Source: Minisyncoccia bacterium (lineage in GTDB: Bacteria; Patescibacteriota; Minisyncoccia; Phycocordibacterales; Phycocordibacteraceae). From it: a DNA stretch of 64,000 nt. Where the stretch lies: positions 99,200-163,199 of the forward strand of contig JBBQUV010000001.1 of the NCBI GenBank assembly GCA_038212075.1, given 5' to 3'. Positions 27,710-38,229 of this stretch are shown one piece after another. The translations under genes and the position numbers were made by a program. The notes below the pieces were generated by a model. It saw nothing but the letters and a program-made list of their open reading frames with translations. It searched no databases and was not told the DNA's origin. Every line of letters starts with the position of its first letter. The stretch's first letter is position 1.

Positions 27710-28963
27710 TTATTTCAAAACAAGGACCAGGACGTCTCGCTTGCCTTTGCGAACGAGAGCAAAGCCATCTGGAAGGTCGTGCACAAAGAGTTTCTGATCC
27801 GGAGTAGGTATAGGAAAGTCATTGATACTAATTCCCTTCTGTTCAATCAAGCGCCGCGCTTCGGATTTTGATGAAACAAGGCCGCCAAGCGTGAGCGCGT
27901 CCACGAGTGGGTATCCTTCAGTCAGTTCCTTTTTTGAAATGGCAAACGAAGGCGCTTCGGCAAGTGCTACTTGGCGCTCTTCGCGCGAAAGCTCTGCAAA
28001 TGAGCGCCCGCCAAACAGTGCATCAGTTGCCGCCGCCGCTTCGGCCGCCGCCGCTGGCCCGTGCACGAGCGAAGTGACTTGGCTTGCAAGAGTCTCTTGC
28101 GCTTCGCGCTCGGCAGGAGCCGCGCGATGTTTTTCCATAAGCACAGTAATGTCTGCAATCGGCATAAAGGTAAAAACGTTGAGGTAGTGCTCAATGTTTT
28201 CGTCCGGAAGGTTAATCCAAAACTGATAAAACTGAAATGGCGATGTTTTCTTTGGATCAAGCCACACGGCATTACCTTCTGACTTCCCAAACTTTTTTCC
28301 TGTGGAATCGGTAACGAGCGGAACCGTGAGCGCAAACACTTCTTTCCCTACGCGCTTACGAATAAGGTCTACTCCGGAAAGAATATTTGTCCATTGATCG
28401 CTCGCCCCAATCTGTACGTTGCAGTCATATTTTGTGTTCAATTCAAGGTAATCGTATGCCTGAAGCAGTGCATAGGTAAACTCGGTGTACGAGATGCTTT
28501 CGTCAGGGGTATCCAGACGTTTTTTAATAAGATCTCGCTTTATCAAGTCATTAACCGTGAAGTGTTTGCCGATATCGCGCAGAAATGGAATGAGCGTAAC
28601 TTTCGTAAGCCAGTCTGCGTTGTCTACCATGCGGAACGAGAGGCGCCCGAGAATATCTTTCAGCTGGTGTTTCAGTGCCTTGGTATTGTTTGCAAGTGTG
28701 CGGTCATCAAGAAGTGAACGTTCCCCTTTTTCTTTCGGGTCACCAATCATCCCTGTTCCTCCACCAACAAGGAAAATAAGCTTGTGTCCCGCCGCCGCAA
28801 GCCGCTTCATTAAGAGAATCGGTACTAAATGCCCTACGTGTGCAGAGTCCGCGGTTGGGTCAATGCCAAGATATATCGTTCGTGGCTCGGAGAGAATTTT
28901 TTCTACATCAGTAGAAAAGTGCTCAATAAGCCCTCGTGCCTTTAGATCATCTACAAGATTCAT
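27710..28963 (-). CDS. tyrS: tyrosyl-tRNA synthetase with C-terminal S4 domain
   Basis: HVGHLVPIL (HIGH) and KFGKS (KMSKS) motifs, C-terminal S4-like RNA-binding region; 417 aa. Confidence 0.9.
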   Translation of the reverse strand: MNLVDDLKARGLIEHFSTDVEKILSEPRTIYLGIDPTADSAHVGHLVPILLMKRLAAAGHKLIFLVGGGTGMIGDPKEKGERSLLDDRTLANNTKALKHQLKDILGRLSFRMVDNADWLTKVTLIPFLRDIGKHFTVNDLIKRDLIKKRLDTPDESISYTEFTYALLQAYDYLELNTKYDCNVQIGASDQWTNILSGVDLIRKRVGKEVFALTVPLVTDSTGKKFGKSEGNAVWLDPKKTSPFQFYQFWINLPDENIEHYLNVFTFMPIADITVLMEKHRAAPAEREAQETLASQVTSLVHGPAAAAEAAAATDALFGGRSFAELSREERQVALAEAPSFAISKKELTEGYPLVDALTLGGLVSSKSEARRLIEQKGISINDFPIPTPDQKLFVHDLPDGFALVRKGKRDVLVLVLK

Positions 28964-28990
28964 ATCGAGAATATAGCACAGGAGCCAGTC

Positions 28991-29497
28991 CTAGCGAGCA
29001 AAAGCCAAAAGCCCTACGAGAGGTGCAATAAACCACCAGAAGAAATATTTTGCCGGAGCAAAGTACATTTCTATTACTTCCGGAAAAGTGTACACGCCGC
29101 GGAGTGAGAAGCTGTGGTAAGCAAGCGCTATCAAAAATCCTGCAGTGAGAAGACATATAATACCGATACCGACATTCCCTGTAGAGAACAACGCCCCACC
29201 CATATTTCTGCGAAGAATATAGTACGAAAGAGCGACAAAAATAGTGTACAGAATGAGCGAGGTGATGGTGACGTTTAGTGCGGCACTCCCTGTGTGGAGC
29301 GCGTCAGCAAACGGAAACACGGTGTACACGGCAAACCCGACATACAGCGAAGCAACGAGCGCGACAAACGCAGAACGGCCCATCTGGTGCGAGAAAAAAA
29401 ACAATACGCCCGCAAGAACAATAAGAATGAGGAAATTGAGGAGGAGTGTCCAAGCTTCAGTAACGCCGTTTGTTGCGAGCGAAGTAATTGCGTTCAT
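28991..29497 (-). CDS. hypothetical membrane protein (5 TM)
   Basis: Hydrophobic 168-aa ORF; no recognisable domain. Confidence 0.5.
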   Translation of the reverse strand: MNAITSLATNGVTEAWTLLLNFLILIVLAGVLFFFSHQMGRSAFVALVASLYVGFAVYTVFPFADALHTGSAALNVTITSLILYTIFVALSYYILRRNMGGALFSTGNVGIGIICLLTAGFLIALAYHSFSLRGVYTFPEVIEMYFAPAKYFFWWFIAPLVGLLAFAR

Positions 29498-29504
29498 TCT
29501 TGAA

Positions 29505-30590
29505 TTATAATCCCTCGCTCTTTAATTCTTCTATCGATTTTTTAGCACGAGTGGATAGTTTTTTAGGAAGCGTTGCTGATACATGAATGAGAAGATCGCC
29601 GTGCGAGCTTCCATACGGCACACCTTTTCCGCGCACACGCAGGGTTTCTTCAGTTTTGCTTAGTGCTGGCACGGTGACCTCGATAGACTTACCATCTAGT
29701 GTTTCTACATTCACCGTAGTCCCGAGAAGTGCATCAGAGAGTTTCAGGGGGAGTTCCATCACTAAGTTTGTACCGTCTTTGCGAAAGACCGCGTGTGCTT
29801 TTACGTGGACTTTTATATACAAATCGCCGGCAGTGCCACCCTTCACGGCTTCACCTTTTTGCGGCATACGAATCATTTCGCCGTCATCAATACCTGCAGG
29901 AATAGACATGTGAATTTCTTCTTCTTTGCGCAGAGTGCCACGACCCGAACAGGTTGAGCACTTTTCCTTTGGAATTTTACCGGTTCCCTCACACGTCGGG
30001 CAGGCGCGAACACTGGTGAACTGACCAAGCATAGAATTGCGTGTTTCGTGTACTTTTCCAGCACCATTACAGGTTTTGCACGTATCCATGTCGGTTCCCG
30101 GCTTTGCTCCGGAACCTTTGCAGGTATCGCACTCACCGACTTTTGCAATAAGCACGGAACGCTTCACCCCGAAGACCGCTTCTTTAAAAGAAACTTCAAT
30201 ATCGATGGAAATGTCACGGCCACGCGGCGTGCGGTTTCCCCCGCCACGTCCACCAAACATGTCTCCAAAGCCTTGGAAGATATCCCCGAAATCAAATTCT
30301 GAAAATTGGCCGTTTTGGAATCCGTTGAAATCAAAACCACCAAAGCCCTGCGCGCCGCCCTGCTGTCCTTGCCCGCCACCTGGGAATGACTGCCCGTAGG
30401 TATCGTATTCGCGGCGGCGTTTTTCGTCTGCAAGAATACTGTATGCCTCGGTTACTTCTTTAAACTTTGCTTCGTCACCACCACCCTTGTCTGGGTGGTA
30501 TTTGTGCGCAAGCTTACGGAACGCTTTTTTAATGTCGTCCGGCGTTGCCTTTTTATCTACCCCAAGCACGTTGTAGTAATCCTTCGCCAT
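29505..30590 (-). CDS. dnaJ: chaperone DnaJ
   Basis: J domain with HPD, G/F-rich linker, four CxxCxGxG repeats, C-terminal domain. Confidence 0.95.
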   Translation of the reverse strand: MAKDYYNVLGVDKKATPDDIKKAFRKLAHKYHPDKGGGDEAKFKEVTEAYSILADEKRRREYDTYGQSFPGGGQGQQGGAQGFGGFDFNGFQNGQFSEFDFGDIFQGFGDMFGGRGGGNRTPRGRDISIDIEVSFKEAVFGVKRSVLIAKVGECDTCKGSGAKPGTDMDTCKTCNGAGKVHETRNSMLGQFTSVRACPTCEGTGKIPKEKCSTCSGRGTLRKEEEIHMSIPAGIDDGEMIRMPQKGEAVKGGTAGDLYIKVHVKAHAVFRKDGTNLVMELPLKLSDALLGTTVNVETLDGKSIEVTVPALSKTEETLRVRGKGVPYGSSHGDLLIHVSATLPKKLSTRAKKSIEELKSEGL

Positions 30591-30623
30591 AAAAAAAGTA
30601 TACGCTTCTCGCTTTTACTATGC

Positions 30624-30651
30624 AAAATCACGAGCCTGAGCTCGTGATTTT
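30624..30651 (-). promoter_or_regulatory. intra-operon hairpin between dnaK and dnaJ (possible partial terminator/attenuator)
   Basis: Palindrome aaaatcacgagc-ctgag-ctcgtgatttt flanked by T-runs. Confidence 0.45.
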
Positions 30652-30657
30652 GATTTT

Positions 30658-32547
30658 TTATTCCGCTGGTTTTTCTTTGAATTCTGCGTCGGTGGCAGGT
30701 GGTGCGTCCGGTGGTGGCTGTCCGCCATCTGCTGGCGCTTTGGGCTGATCTTTCATCATCGCTTCGCCAATTTTGGAAAGCGTAGAAGAAAGTGCTTCCG
30801 TTGCCGATTTTATTTTCTCTAAATCTTCACCATCTTTCACGGCCTTGAGATCGGAAATTTTATTCTGAACTTCAGCGACAACTTCAGCACCTGCTTTCTC
30901 GCCGTTTTCTTTAATGGCTTTTTCTGCAGCGTAAATCATCTGGTCTGCCATGTTTTTGGCTTCGACGAGCGCCTTGCGCTTCTCATCCCCCGCTACGTTT
31001 GCTTCTGCATCCTTCTGCATACGCTCAATGTCATCTTTTGAAAGCCCGGTAGAGCCTTCAATGCGGATAGATTGTTCTTTCCCTGTGGTCTTTTCTTTTG
31101 CTTTCACCGTAAGAATGCCGTTAGAGTCCACATCAAACGTTACTTCCACTTGCGGCAAACCACGCGGAGCTGGCGGAATACCATCAAGCATAAAGCGTCC
31201 GAGCGATTTGTTATCGGCGCTCATCGCGCGCTCTCCTTGTGTAACACTGATTTCAACCGATGGCTGGTTGTCGCTTGCTGTAGAGAACACTTGCGAACGA
31301 CTCGTTGGAATTGCCGTGTTGCGTTCAATAAGTTTCGTTGCCACGCCACCCATCGTTTCAATAGAAAGTGAGAGCGGGATAACATCCACAAGAAGAATAT
31401 CTTTCACATCTCCTTGCAAAATACCGGCTTGAATCGCCGCGCCGATTGCAACTACTTCGTCGGGGTTCACGGTCATATTTGGCTTTTTGCCGAAGTAGGC
31501 TTCTACTGCCGCTTGAATTGCGGGCATACGGGTTTGTCCACCCACAAGCACTACTTCATTGATGTCGCCAATTTTAAATGGTGATGCTTCCATCGCGCGT
31601 TTGGTGATGGCAAGCGCCCGCTCTACAAATTCTGCAGAAAGCTCTTCAAGCTTTGCGCGCGTCATTTTAATAAGAAGATGGCGTGGACCGTTTGCGTCTG
31701 AAGTGATGAACGGAATGTTCACTTCGGTTTCCATGGCGCTTGAAAGCTCAATTTTTGCCTTCTCAGCGGCCTCATCAAGACGCTGACGCGCAAGCGCATC
31801 GGTGCGCACGTCTATACCACTTTCCTTCTTAAATTCGTCAGCAATCCAGTTGATGATTTTTTGATCAATATCTTTACCACCCAAGTGAGCGTCGCCATCG
31901 GTGCTACGAACTTCCACCACATCATCTCCTACTTCAAGCACAGAAATGTCAAACGTACCGCCACCGAAGTCGAAGACCACAATCTTTTCTTCTTTCTTTT
32001 TGTTAAAACCGTAGGCAAGTGCCGCGGCTGTTGGTTCGTTAATGATGCGCTTCACATCAAGTCCCGCAATCTTTCCGGCATCCTTGGTAGCGTTTCGCTG
32101 TGCATCGTTGAAGTATGCAGGAACCGTAATAACGGCTTCGGTAATTTTCTCCCCAAGTTTTGCTTCAGCGTCTGCTTTCATTTTGCCCAAAATCATCGCG
32201 GAGATTTCTTCCGGGCGATACCACTTGTCTGCCATCTTCACTTCAATGCCGCCGTTGTCTGTCTTCTTCATTTCAAATGGCACGGACTCTTTGTCTTTTT
32301 GTACACCTGCTTCGTCAAAGGTGTGACCAATAAAACGTTTAATTTGGTATACCGTATTGGTGGGGTTGGTTACTGACTGACGCTTGGCAAGTGTGCCAAC
32401 AATACGCTCGCCGTTTTTACCAACGGCAACGATAGAAGGCATCGTGCGGGAGCCTTCAGCATTTTCAAGCACACGCGGCTCACCACCCTCAACGATAGCC
32501 ATTGCTGAGTTTGTTGTTCCGAGGTCGATTCCAAGAATTTTTGCCAT
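30658..32547 (-). CDS. dnaK: chaperone DnaK (Hsp70)
   Basis: Full-length Hsp70 with [16 protein letters not shown] and other ATPase signatures. Confidence 0.97.
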   Translation of the reverse strand: MAKILGIDLGTTNSAMAIVEGGEPRVLENAEGSRTMPSIVAVGKNGERIVGTLAKRQSVTNPTNTVYQIKRFIGHTFDEAGVQKDKESVPFEMKKTDNGGIEVKMADKWYRPEEISAMILGKMKADAEAKLGEKITEAVITVPAYFNDAQRNATKDAGKIAGLDVKRIINEPTAAALAYGFNKKKEEKIVVFDFGGGTFDISVLEVGDDVVEVRSTDGDAHLGGKDIDQKIINWIADEFKKESGIDVRTDALARQRLDEAAEKAKIELSSAMETEVNIPFITSDANGPRHLLIKMTRAKLEELSAEFVERALAITKRAMEASPFKIGDINEVVLVGGQTRMPAIQAAVEAYFGKKPNMTVNPDEVVAIGAAIQAGILQGDVKDILLVDVIPLSLSIETMGGVATKLIERNTAIPTSRSQVFSTASDNQPSVEISVTQGERAMSADNKSLGRFMLDGIPPAPRGLPQVEVTFDVDSNGILTVKAKEKTTGKEQSIRIEGSTGLSKDDIERMQKDAEANVAGDEKRKALVEAKNMADQMIYAAEKAIKENGEKAGAEVVAEVQNKISDLKAVKDGEDLEKIKSATEALSSTLSKIGEAMMKDQPKAPADGGQPPPDAPPATDAEFKEKPAE

Positions 32548-32660
32548 ACGGTAAAAAGGTTACTTAATAGATACTACGTAAATCAGTGTTTCGGTGCAAG
32601 TGTGCGCCAAACAGTGACGGGTTGTGAACGCGGCTTGGGAAACGTCTACGAAAGAGAGAC

Positions 32661-33215
32661 CTAATTTGCGTAGTGCGCAACTTTTACCTTTGCCGGTCTA
32701 ATAATGCTCTCTCCCTGTTTCCACCCTCGCTCGAGCACAGCAGTCACGGTATCGTCCCTTGCTTTATCATCGGTGACATCCTGCCCAAAAGCTTCGTGAA
32801 AAAGTGGGTTGAACGACTCACCTACCTCGCCGACAGGAACCAGCCCAAGAGAAGTAAAGGCTCCTTCTAACTGCTTAACAATGCCCGCAAACCCTTCAGG
32901 AATTTCCCCGTGTTCTTTTGCCCGCTCAATCGCATCAAATGCGGGCAAAAGGACTTCAACAGCGGCGGTCGTCCCTGCTTGTTTTGCTGACTTTTTCTCT
33001 TCTTCAAAACGACGAAGTGCGTTTACGTAGTCTGCTTTGGAACGTTGCCACCCGTCCATATATTCTTGCTTCTCTTTACGAGTACTCTCCAGCTCTTTTT
33101 TTAGTTGCACTACCTTACTCACCGCATTGTCATTCCCTGCATCGGAATCAACATCTGCTTGGCGTTTTTGGTTTTCCTCTGCTTCTGCATCTACAACAAA
33201 ATCATCTTCGTTCAT
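32661..33215 (-). CDS. grpE: nucleotide exchange factor GrpE
   Basis: Acidic N-terminus, coiled-coil and GrpE C-terminal beta domain. Start set at the internal ATG at 33215, because the longer ORF would run into the upstream terminator. Confidence 0.85.
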   Translation of the reverse strand: MNEDDFVVDAEAEENQKRQADVDSDAGNDNAVSKVVQLKKELESTRKEKQEYMDGWQRSKADYVNALRRFEEEKKSAKQAGTTAAVEVLLPAFDAIERAKEHGEIPEGFAGIVKQLEGAFTSLGLVPVGEVGESFNPLFHEAFGQDVTDDKARDDTVTAVLERGWKQGESIIRPAKVKVAHYAN

Positions 33216-33222
33216 AAAGCTC

Positions 33223-33251
33223 AGTATGCCGAAAGTAAATACGCATGTCAA
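33223..33251 (-). promoter_or_regulatory. putative sigma70-type promoter of grpE (TTGACA-17-CATACT), implying a leaderless or near-leaderless mRNA
   Basis: On the minus strand, TTGACA (33251-33246), a 17-nt spacer, then CATACT (33228-33223), 7 nt before the grpE ATG. Confidence 0.4.
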
Positions 33252-33292
33252 AAAATGGAAACCCCCGTCAGACATGTAAGTCTGCGGGGGCT
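33250..33292 (-). terminator. Rho-independent terminator downstream of LysM gene
   Basis: Hairpin cccccgtcagac/gtctgcggggg followed on the minus strand by a T-run. Confidence 0.55.
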
Positions 33293-33323
33293 TCTGTTAC
33301 GGATACTGCCGTAACTCAGGTAC

Positions 33324-34535
33324 TCATTGCTTCATGGTGAGGATGATTTCCTCCACGCCATTAGGCAGGTTGGTAACGCGAACGTCACTCAGGCCAACGC
33401 CTTTGTGAAGAACGCGCATTGCCGGCTTGCCGGGACGTGCCGGTTGGACGAGCACGAACGGGTGCTCGCTGTCGACTGCGGGCGCGGGGCCTGCATCGAC
33501 AACCGGTTCTGCGGCCGCCGGAGCGGTCTGCGGAACCGGTGCTGAGGCAACCGGCGTTTCCGTCGGTTGCACCGCGTCTGGAACGAAGCAGAAGTTGGAA
33601 TTCAGCTTCTGATCCTCCATGCCGGAAAGGTCGTTCCCGCATTCGCGCAGGAAGTACACAACCTTCCGTTTGCCACTCGGCAAACGCGCAAAGCCACGGA
33701 ACGCCCGCTGGCCGGTGTGGTTGAAGCCCTCCACACGGCCGTCACCAAACCGGACCATCCGGTAACCCCACACGCGTCCGGAGGTTACCTGTTCTATCTT
33801 GAGCTGAGCGGCCGGTATTCCGGTCTGCCGAGCGGCGATGTCGAGCAGGTGTGTGCTCGCATCTTCAAGATTGTTCACCCCGCCATGAATGACTGGCGGG
33901 CCGGCGTTTACCGGATCGCGGTTCATTTCAAGCACTCGGTCCTGTACGGTCCGGTCGGACCTACGGGCCGCGCGCTCCCTTGCGAGATCGGTGAGCGCTG
34001 TCTCTGCGCGACGATACTCGTCGTTCCAGTTGCTGTTCAGTGCTTTGGCACGCTCCCGCGCACGATTGCGTTCTAGCCACAGGGCAAGAGCAATCGCCGC
34101 AAGAATGGCGAACAGAAGCCAGAACAACGGCAGGATGCCGTCGAACCACCCTGATGCGACGACAGGTTTGGAAGCTGTCGCATGCACAGCCTTTGGCTGT
34201 GCCGGAGGTGGTACGAACGCCGGCTTTTGTATGTCGCCGGTGTTGGTGAGTCCCTGCAGGCACTCGCCGGGTTTGAGGATCAAAATGGTGATCCTCTGAC
34301 CGTTCACGAATAGCCGGCCAGGCTCATGAATCTGGAGATTTGCATCCCAGACCCATTTGCGCCACGACGTGGCGTCGTGGTGATATTTTTCGGCGAGTTG
34401 CCACGCCGTATCACCCGTTTGAACCGTATAGCCATTGCATGGCGGTACGATCCAGTTGGATTGGGTGGTTGCAAATGCCGGCGTTGCCGCAAGCATCAGG
34501 AGCGCGATAAGCGCCATCACAATTTTTTTTCGCAC
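33324..34535 (-). CDS. LysM domain-containing membrane protein, GC-rich gene
   Basis: Signal peptide, LysM motif (YTVQTGDTAWQLAEKY), central TM helix, about 220-aa C-terminal domain of unknown function; local GC about 60-65%. Confidence 0.65.
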   Translation of the reverse strand: MRKKIVMALIALLMLAATPAFATTQSNWIVPPCNGYTVQTGDTAWQLAEKYHHDATSWRKWVWDANLQIHEPGRLFVNGQRITILILKPGECLQGLTNTGDIQKPAFVPPPAQPKAVHATASKPVVASGWFDGILPLFWLLFAILAAIALALWLERNRARERAKALNSNWNDEYRRAETALTDLARERAARRSDRTVQDRVLEMNRDPVNAGPPVIHGGVNNLEDASTHLLDIAARQTGIPAAQLKIEQVTSGRVWGYRMVRFGDGRVEGFNHTGQRAFRGFARLPSGKRKVVYFLRECGNDLSGMEDQKLNSNFCFVPDAVQPTETPVASAPVPQTAPAAAEPVVDAGPAPAVDSEHPFVLVQPARPGKPAMRVLHKGVGLSDVRVTNLPNGVEEIILTMKQ

Positions 34536-34649
34536 GGTGTTATGCCTTTCAAGTTACTGATTTCCACACCCATCGCCCACAGCGGGTAATGCCAGCTGAA
34601 ATCTCAGTTCTATAATTATACTACACAAAAATACATATTGTCAATATAC

Positions 34650-34682
34650 GTAAAAACCCGCCAAATAGGCGGGTTTTTGCTT
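34650..34682 (-). terminator. Rho-independent terminator downstream of rpsI
   Basis: Perfect 10-bp hairpin aaaacccgcc/ggcgggtttt with T-run. Confidence 0.75.
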
Positions 34683-34694
34683 TGTGCAAGCGGA

Positions 34695-35090
34695 TTAACG
34701 TTTGCTCCACTGCTTACGCTTACGAGCCTTAACCAGACCTGGCTTCTTGCGTTCCTTGGCGCGAGGATCACGTTTAAGGAATCCTGCCTTCTTAAGGGTA
34801 GTGCGTGTTCCTGCGTTGATTGTAACCGCGGCACGGGCGATACCCATGCGCACCGCATCTGCCTGAGCAGACTTACCGCCACCCGATACCATTGCCGTTA
34901 CCGCATAGGTTTCAGAAAGTTCTGCGGCCTTGAGTGATTCTTCGGCAATAGTTGCGCGCTCAAGCGTGTGGAAGTAGTCCCTTGCTGGCATACCGTTTAC
35001 GGTAACCGTTGACTCCTTCGCCGGAGTAAGGCGAACGTTTGCACGTGCTGTTTTACGTCGCCCAATTGCTGAAATGTATTTGGTATCCAT
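34695..35090 (-). CDS. rpsI: 30S ribosomal protein S9
   Basis: 131 aa ending ...KRKQWSKR; typical S9 sequence. Confidence 0.95.
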   Translation of the reverse strand: MDTKYISAIGRRKTARANVRLTPAKESTVTVNGMPARDYFHTLERATIAEESLKAAELSETYAVTAMVSGGGKSAQADAVRMGIARAAVTINAGTRTTLKKAGFLKRDPRAKERKKPGLVKARKRKQWSKR

Positions 35091-35092
35091 AA

Positions 35093-35446
35093 TTAATCTT
35101 GAACGGTCAAACGCTTCATGCGCTCCTTCCGGAGTGTGTTGCGGGGGAGCATGCCATCAACAGTCTTCTTCACCACTTCACCAATACCCTTCTTCAAGGT
35201 CAGTTCGTGCATGGTTGTTTCGCGAAGTCCGCCTGGGTAACCCGTGTAGCGCGTGTAGATCTTTCCTTTTGCGCGCTTGTCGGAGATAACGAGCTTCTTT
35301 GCATTTATGATGATGACTTCAATCGGAAGAACCGCATTCTTCACAAAGTGTGCTGAGCGTTTTCCAAGAAGTGCGTGTGCGGCATCGCTTGCAACACGGC
35401 CGAGTGTGCGTCCTGAAGCGTCGATGGTGTAGGTAATTTTATCCAT
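35093..35446 (-). CDS. rplM: 50S ribosomal protein L13 (short form)
   Basis: 117 aa; DASGRTLGRVAS...GMLPRN pattern matches L13. Confidence 0.9.
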   Translation of the reverse strand: MDKITYTIDASGRTLGRVASDAAHALLGKRSAHFVKNAVLPIEVIIINAKKLVISDKRAKGKIYTRYTGYPGGLRETTMHELTLKKGIGEVVKKTVDGMLPRNTLRKERMKRLTVQD

Positions 35447-35451
35447 AAGAA

Positions 35452-35805
35452 TTATACGAAGGCGATGTAGGCAAGCTTGCGTGCATCATTTGCACCGCGA
35501 ACGGCGCGCTTCACGATGCGAAGGTACCCACCAGCGCGTCCCTTGTAGCGCGGACCAATAGCCACAAAGAGTTTCTTGGTTGCCGCGGCATCATGTATAC
35601 GCGCAGAAACAATACGGCGGTTTGCCACCGTGTCTGCCTTTGCGCGGGTTACGAGCTTTTCCATAAACGGACGGAGCTCTTTTGCTTTTGCTTCGGTGGT
35701 CGAAATGCGCTCGTGAATAACGAGTGAGCGTGCAAGCGAACGGATAAGCGCTTCGCGCTGATCCTTCGCTCGTCCAAACGTTCGGCCTTTGTGATGATGA
35801 CGCAT
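35452..35805 (-). CDS. rplQ: 50S ribosomal protein L17
   Basis: MRHHHKGRTFGR...RISTT pattern matches L17. Confidence 0.93.
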   Translation of the reverse strand: MRHHHKGRTFGRAKDQREALIRSLARSLVIHERISTTEAKAKELRPFMEKLVTRAKADTVANRRIVSARIHDAAATKKLFVAIGPRYKGRAGGYLRIVKRAVRGANDARKLAYIAFV

Positions 35806-35813
35806 ACCAGTTT

Positions 35814-36755
35814 TTATTCAGCCTTAAGGGCAAGTCCGGCTTCTTTAAGCGCAAACTCAATCTCCGTGATTGCTTTCTCGCCAACACCATCGAGCTCTTT
35901 AAGCGCGCTTGCTGTTTTGCGAGCAAGACCTGCCGCAGAACGGATACCGGCATCGGTGAGTGCGCTCGTTACGCGAGCTGAAAGACCGAGATCTTCCACT
36001 TTTGCCTTTGAGCCGTCTTTTGCTTCACTTGAAGCTGGTGCTTCATCTCCCGACGAGCTCATGGATTCTTCTTGGAAACCAACCACCGCCTTAAGCTGGT
36101 GAATCATGATTTCAATGGAGCGCTCAAGAGCGTCGCGAGGACCAACCGCGCCGTTTGTTTCAATCAAAATGCGAAGACGGTTAAAGTCGGTGCGATCACC
36201 AACACGCATGTTTTCTACTTCGTAGTTTACGCGACGAATGGGCGTAAAGGTTGCATCGAGCGCGATAGTGCCGATGTCTACCTTGTCTTTGGTAAGTGCT
36301 TCGCGAGGAACGTAGCCAAGGCCGCGTTCAATCGTTGCCTCAAGTTCAAAGGCAACCTTACCAGAAAGGTCAGCAAGGTGCTGTTCAGGATTCTTGATTT
36401 CAACTTGTGATGGGAGCTGAAAATCAGCCGCCGTAACGTCCTTAGGGCCTTTTACGGAAAGCTTGATGGTTTGTGTCTCATCTCCGTGAAGGATGAAGTT
36501 TACGCGCTTCAAGTTAAGGATGATTTCCATAACTGATTCACGAACGCCTTCGATGGTGGCGAATTCGTGCGCAACGTTTTCAATTTTTACGGACGTAACT
36601 GCCGCTCCCGGAAGGGATGACAAAATAATGCGACGGAGACTGTTGCCCAAGGTCTGACCGTACCCTGGATAAAGGGAGTCAATTTCGTAAACGCCCTGCA
36701 TTCCCTCTTCGGAAACGACACGAGGCTTGGACGGAAGTGTGATGTGGTATTCCAT
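35814..36755 (-). CDS. rpoA: DNA-directed RNA polymerase subunit alpha
   Basis: 313 aa with N-terminal and C-terminal domains characteristic of RpoA. Confidence 0.95.
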   Translation of the reverse strand: MEYHITLPSKPRVVSEEGMQGVYEIDSLYPGYGQTLGNSLRRIILSSLPGAAVTSVKIENVAHEFATIEGVRESVMEIILNLKRVNFILHGDETQTIKLSVKGPKDVTAADFQLPSQVEIKNPEQHLADLSGKVAFELEATIERGLGYVPREALTKDKVDIGTIALDATFTPIRRVNYEVENMRVGDRTDFNRLRILIETNGAVGPRDALERSIEIMIHQLKAVVGFQEESMSSSGDEAPASSEAKDGSKAKVEDLGLSARVTSALTDAGIRSAAGLARKTASALKELDGVGEKAITEIEFALKEAGLALKAE

Positions 36756-36783
36756 AACTCAATCAATTACCGATGATTAAAAA

Positions 36784-37392
36784 TTAACGACTGTAGAACG
36801 AGAGCACGACCGCAAGGTCGCCCGCAGGATCTGCAGACGCCATGTTTGGCATGTCCTGGATTGCTCCGGACATGTTCTTTGCGTCCCATGTAAGCCACGA
36901 AGCGAGAGGACGTTCTGCAAATTTCTCTGCAAAACCTTCATACATCACGCTTGCCTTGCTTCCTTCACGAACCGCAATAACGTCGGTCGATTTGATGCGC
37001 TGTGAAGGAATGGTTGTTTTCTTCCCGTTCACAGTGATGTGACCGTGCGATACCATTTGGCGAGCGGCACGGCGCGTCTTGGCAAGTCCAAGGCGGTACA
37101 CGATGCTATCCAAACGAAGTTCAAGAAGACGGTGCAGAAGTTCTGCAGGATTTGCACCGTGCTCTTCCATGGCTTCACGTACGTAGTTACCAAACTGCTT
37201 CTCAGAAAGGCCGTAGGTAATACGTACCTTCTGCTTCTCGAGCAACTGCTTTCCGAACTCGGAAGCACCGCGAGAACGCTTTTTGTTCTTTGCGGAGCGT
37301 TCTGCGGCAATAGCAAATTTTTGCGACTGTGTTTTTTCAAACACAGAAGCTCCGAGACGCTTAGCAATTTTATATTTTGGTCCGATTTTCAT
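36784..37392 (-). CDS. rpsD: 30S ribosomal protein S4
   Basis: 202 aa; S4 N-terminal and S4 RNA-binding domains. Confidence 0.94.
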   Translation of the reverse strand: MKIGPKYKIAKRLGASVFEKTQSQKFAIAAERSAKNKKRSRGASEFGKQLLEKQKVRITYGLSEKQFGNYVREAMEEHGANPAELLHRLLELRLDSIVYRLGLAKTRRAARQMVSHGHITVNGKKTTIPSQRIKSTDVIAVREGSKASVMYEGFAEKFAERPLASWLTWDAKNMSGAIQDMPNMASADPAGDLAVVLSFYSR

Positions 37393-37398
37393 ATAAGT

Positions 37399-37833
37399 TT
37401 AGACGCGACGAGGCTTAGGCGGACGCGGACCGTTATGTGGTACGGGTGTTGCGTCTTTAATAGAACGGATCTGGATTCCTTTTCCGGCAAAAGCACGGAG
37501 TGCTGATTCGCGGCCAGCACCAACGCCACGAATGATGACGGAGGCTTCCTTAAGGCCAACAATGGCACCTTTTTCACCAAGAAGTTCGCCAACCTTTGCG
37601 GCCGCGTACGGAGTGGATTTGCGAGCACCGGTGAAGCCTAGAGCGCCCGCAGAGGACGACATAATGGCATTACCCTTTTCATCGGTGAGAACAGCCTTAG
37701 TGTTATTGAAGGTTGCTTCAATATGCAAAATGCCGCGCTCGACACGCTTTTTTGCGACCTTGGAGAGCGCGCGTTCTTTGCGTCCCTGATCAAGCCCACG
37801 TCCTGATTTTTTGATGATGCGTTTTTTACCCAT
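37399..37833 (-). CDS. rpsK: 30S ribosomal protein S11
   Basis: GILHIEATFNNT...PHNGPRPPKPRRV matches S11. Confidence 0.95.
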   Translation of the reverse strand: MGKKRIIKKSGRGLDQGRKERALSKVAKKRVERGILHIEATFNNTKAVLTDEKGNAIMSSSAGALGFTGARKSTPYAAAKVGELLGEKGAIVGLKEASVIIRGVGAGRESALRAFAGKGIQIRSIKDATPVPHNGPRPPKPRRV

Positions 37834-37839
37834 AGTATT

Positions 37840-38220
37840 TTATGTCTTTTCAAGCGTACGACGACCCGAGCCCATGGTCTTGCGAACGTTTCCACGACGA
37901 GTACGAGAATTCGTTTTGGTGCGCTGATTGCGTACCGGAAGACCGCGTTCGTGGCGGTTTCCGCGACGACTCTTGATGTCTTTCAACCGTTTAATGTTCT
38001 GACCAATTTCACGACGGAGCTCGCCCTCAATGGTGTATGCCTCAGCAAGTGAACGAATCTTCTGCTCTTCTGCAGAGGTAAGATCCTTTCCTTTTTTAGT
38101 AAGGGCAACACCTGCTTGGGTCAAAATGAGACGTGCACGCGAAGGGCCAATGCCGTAAATTTGCGGCAACGTGTACGCAAGCTGTTTGTCGTCTGGAAGG
38201 GTTATACCGGAAATACGCAT
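37840..38220 (-). CDS. rpsM: 30S ribosomal protein S13
   Basis: MRISGITLPDDK...GELRREI...RGLPVRNQRTKTN matches S13. Confidence 0.95.
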   Translation of the reverse strand: MRISGITLPDDKQLAYTLPQIYGIGPSRARLILTQAGVALTKKGKDLTSAEEQKIRSLAEAYTIEGELRREIGQNIKRLKDIKSRRGNRHERGLPVRNQRTKTNSRTRRGNVRKTMGSGRRTLEKT

Positions 38221-38229
38221 ATGAAAAAA

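Noticed and set aside
33385-34299. Multiple 60-170-aa ORFs on both strands inside the LysM gene
   Set aside because: Stop-codon-poor frames are expected in 60-65% GC DNA. They are nested in a longer, motif-bearing ORF.
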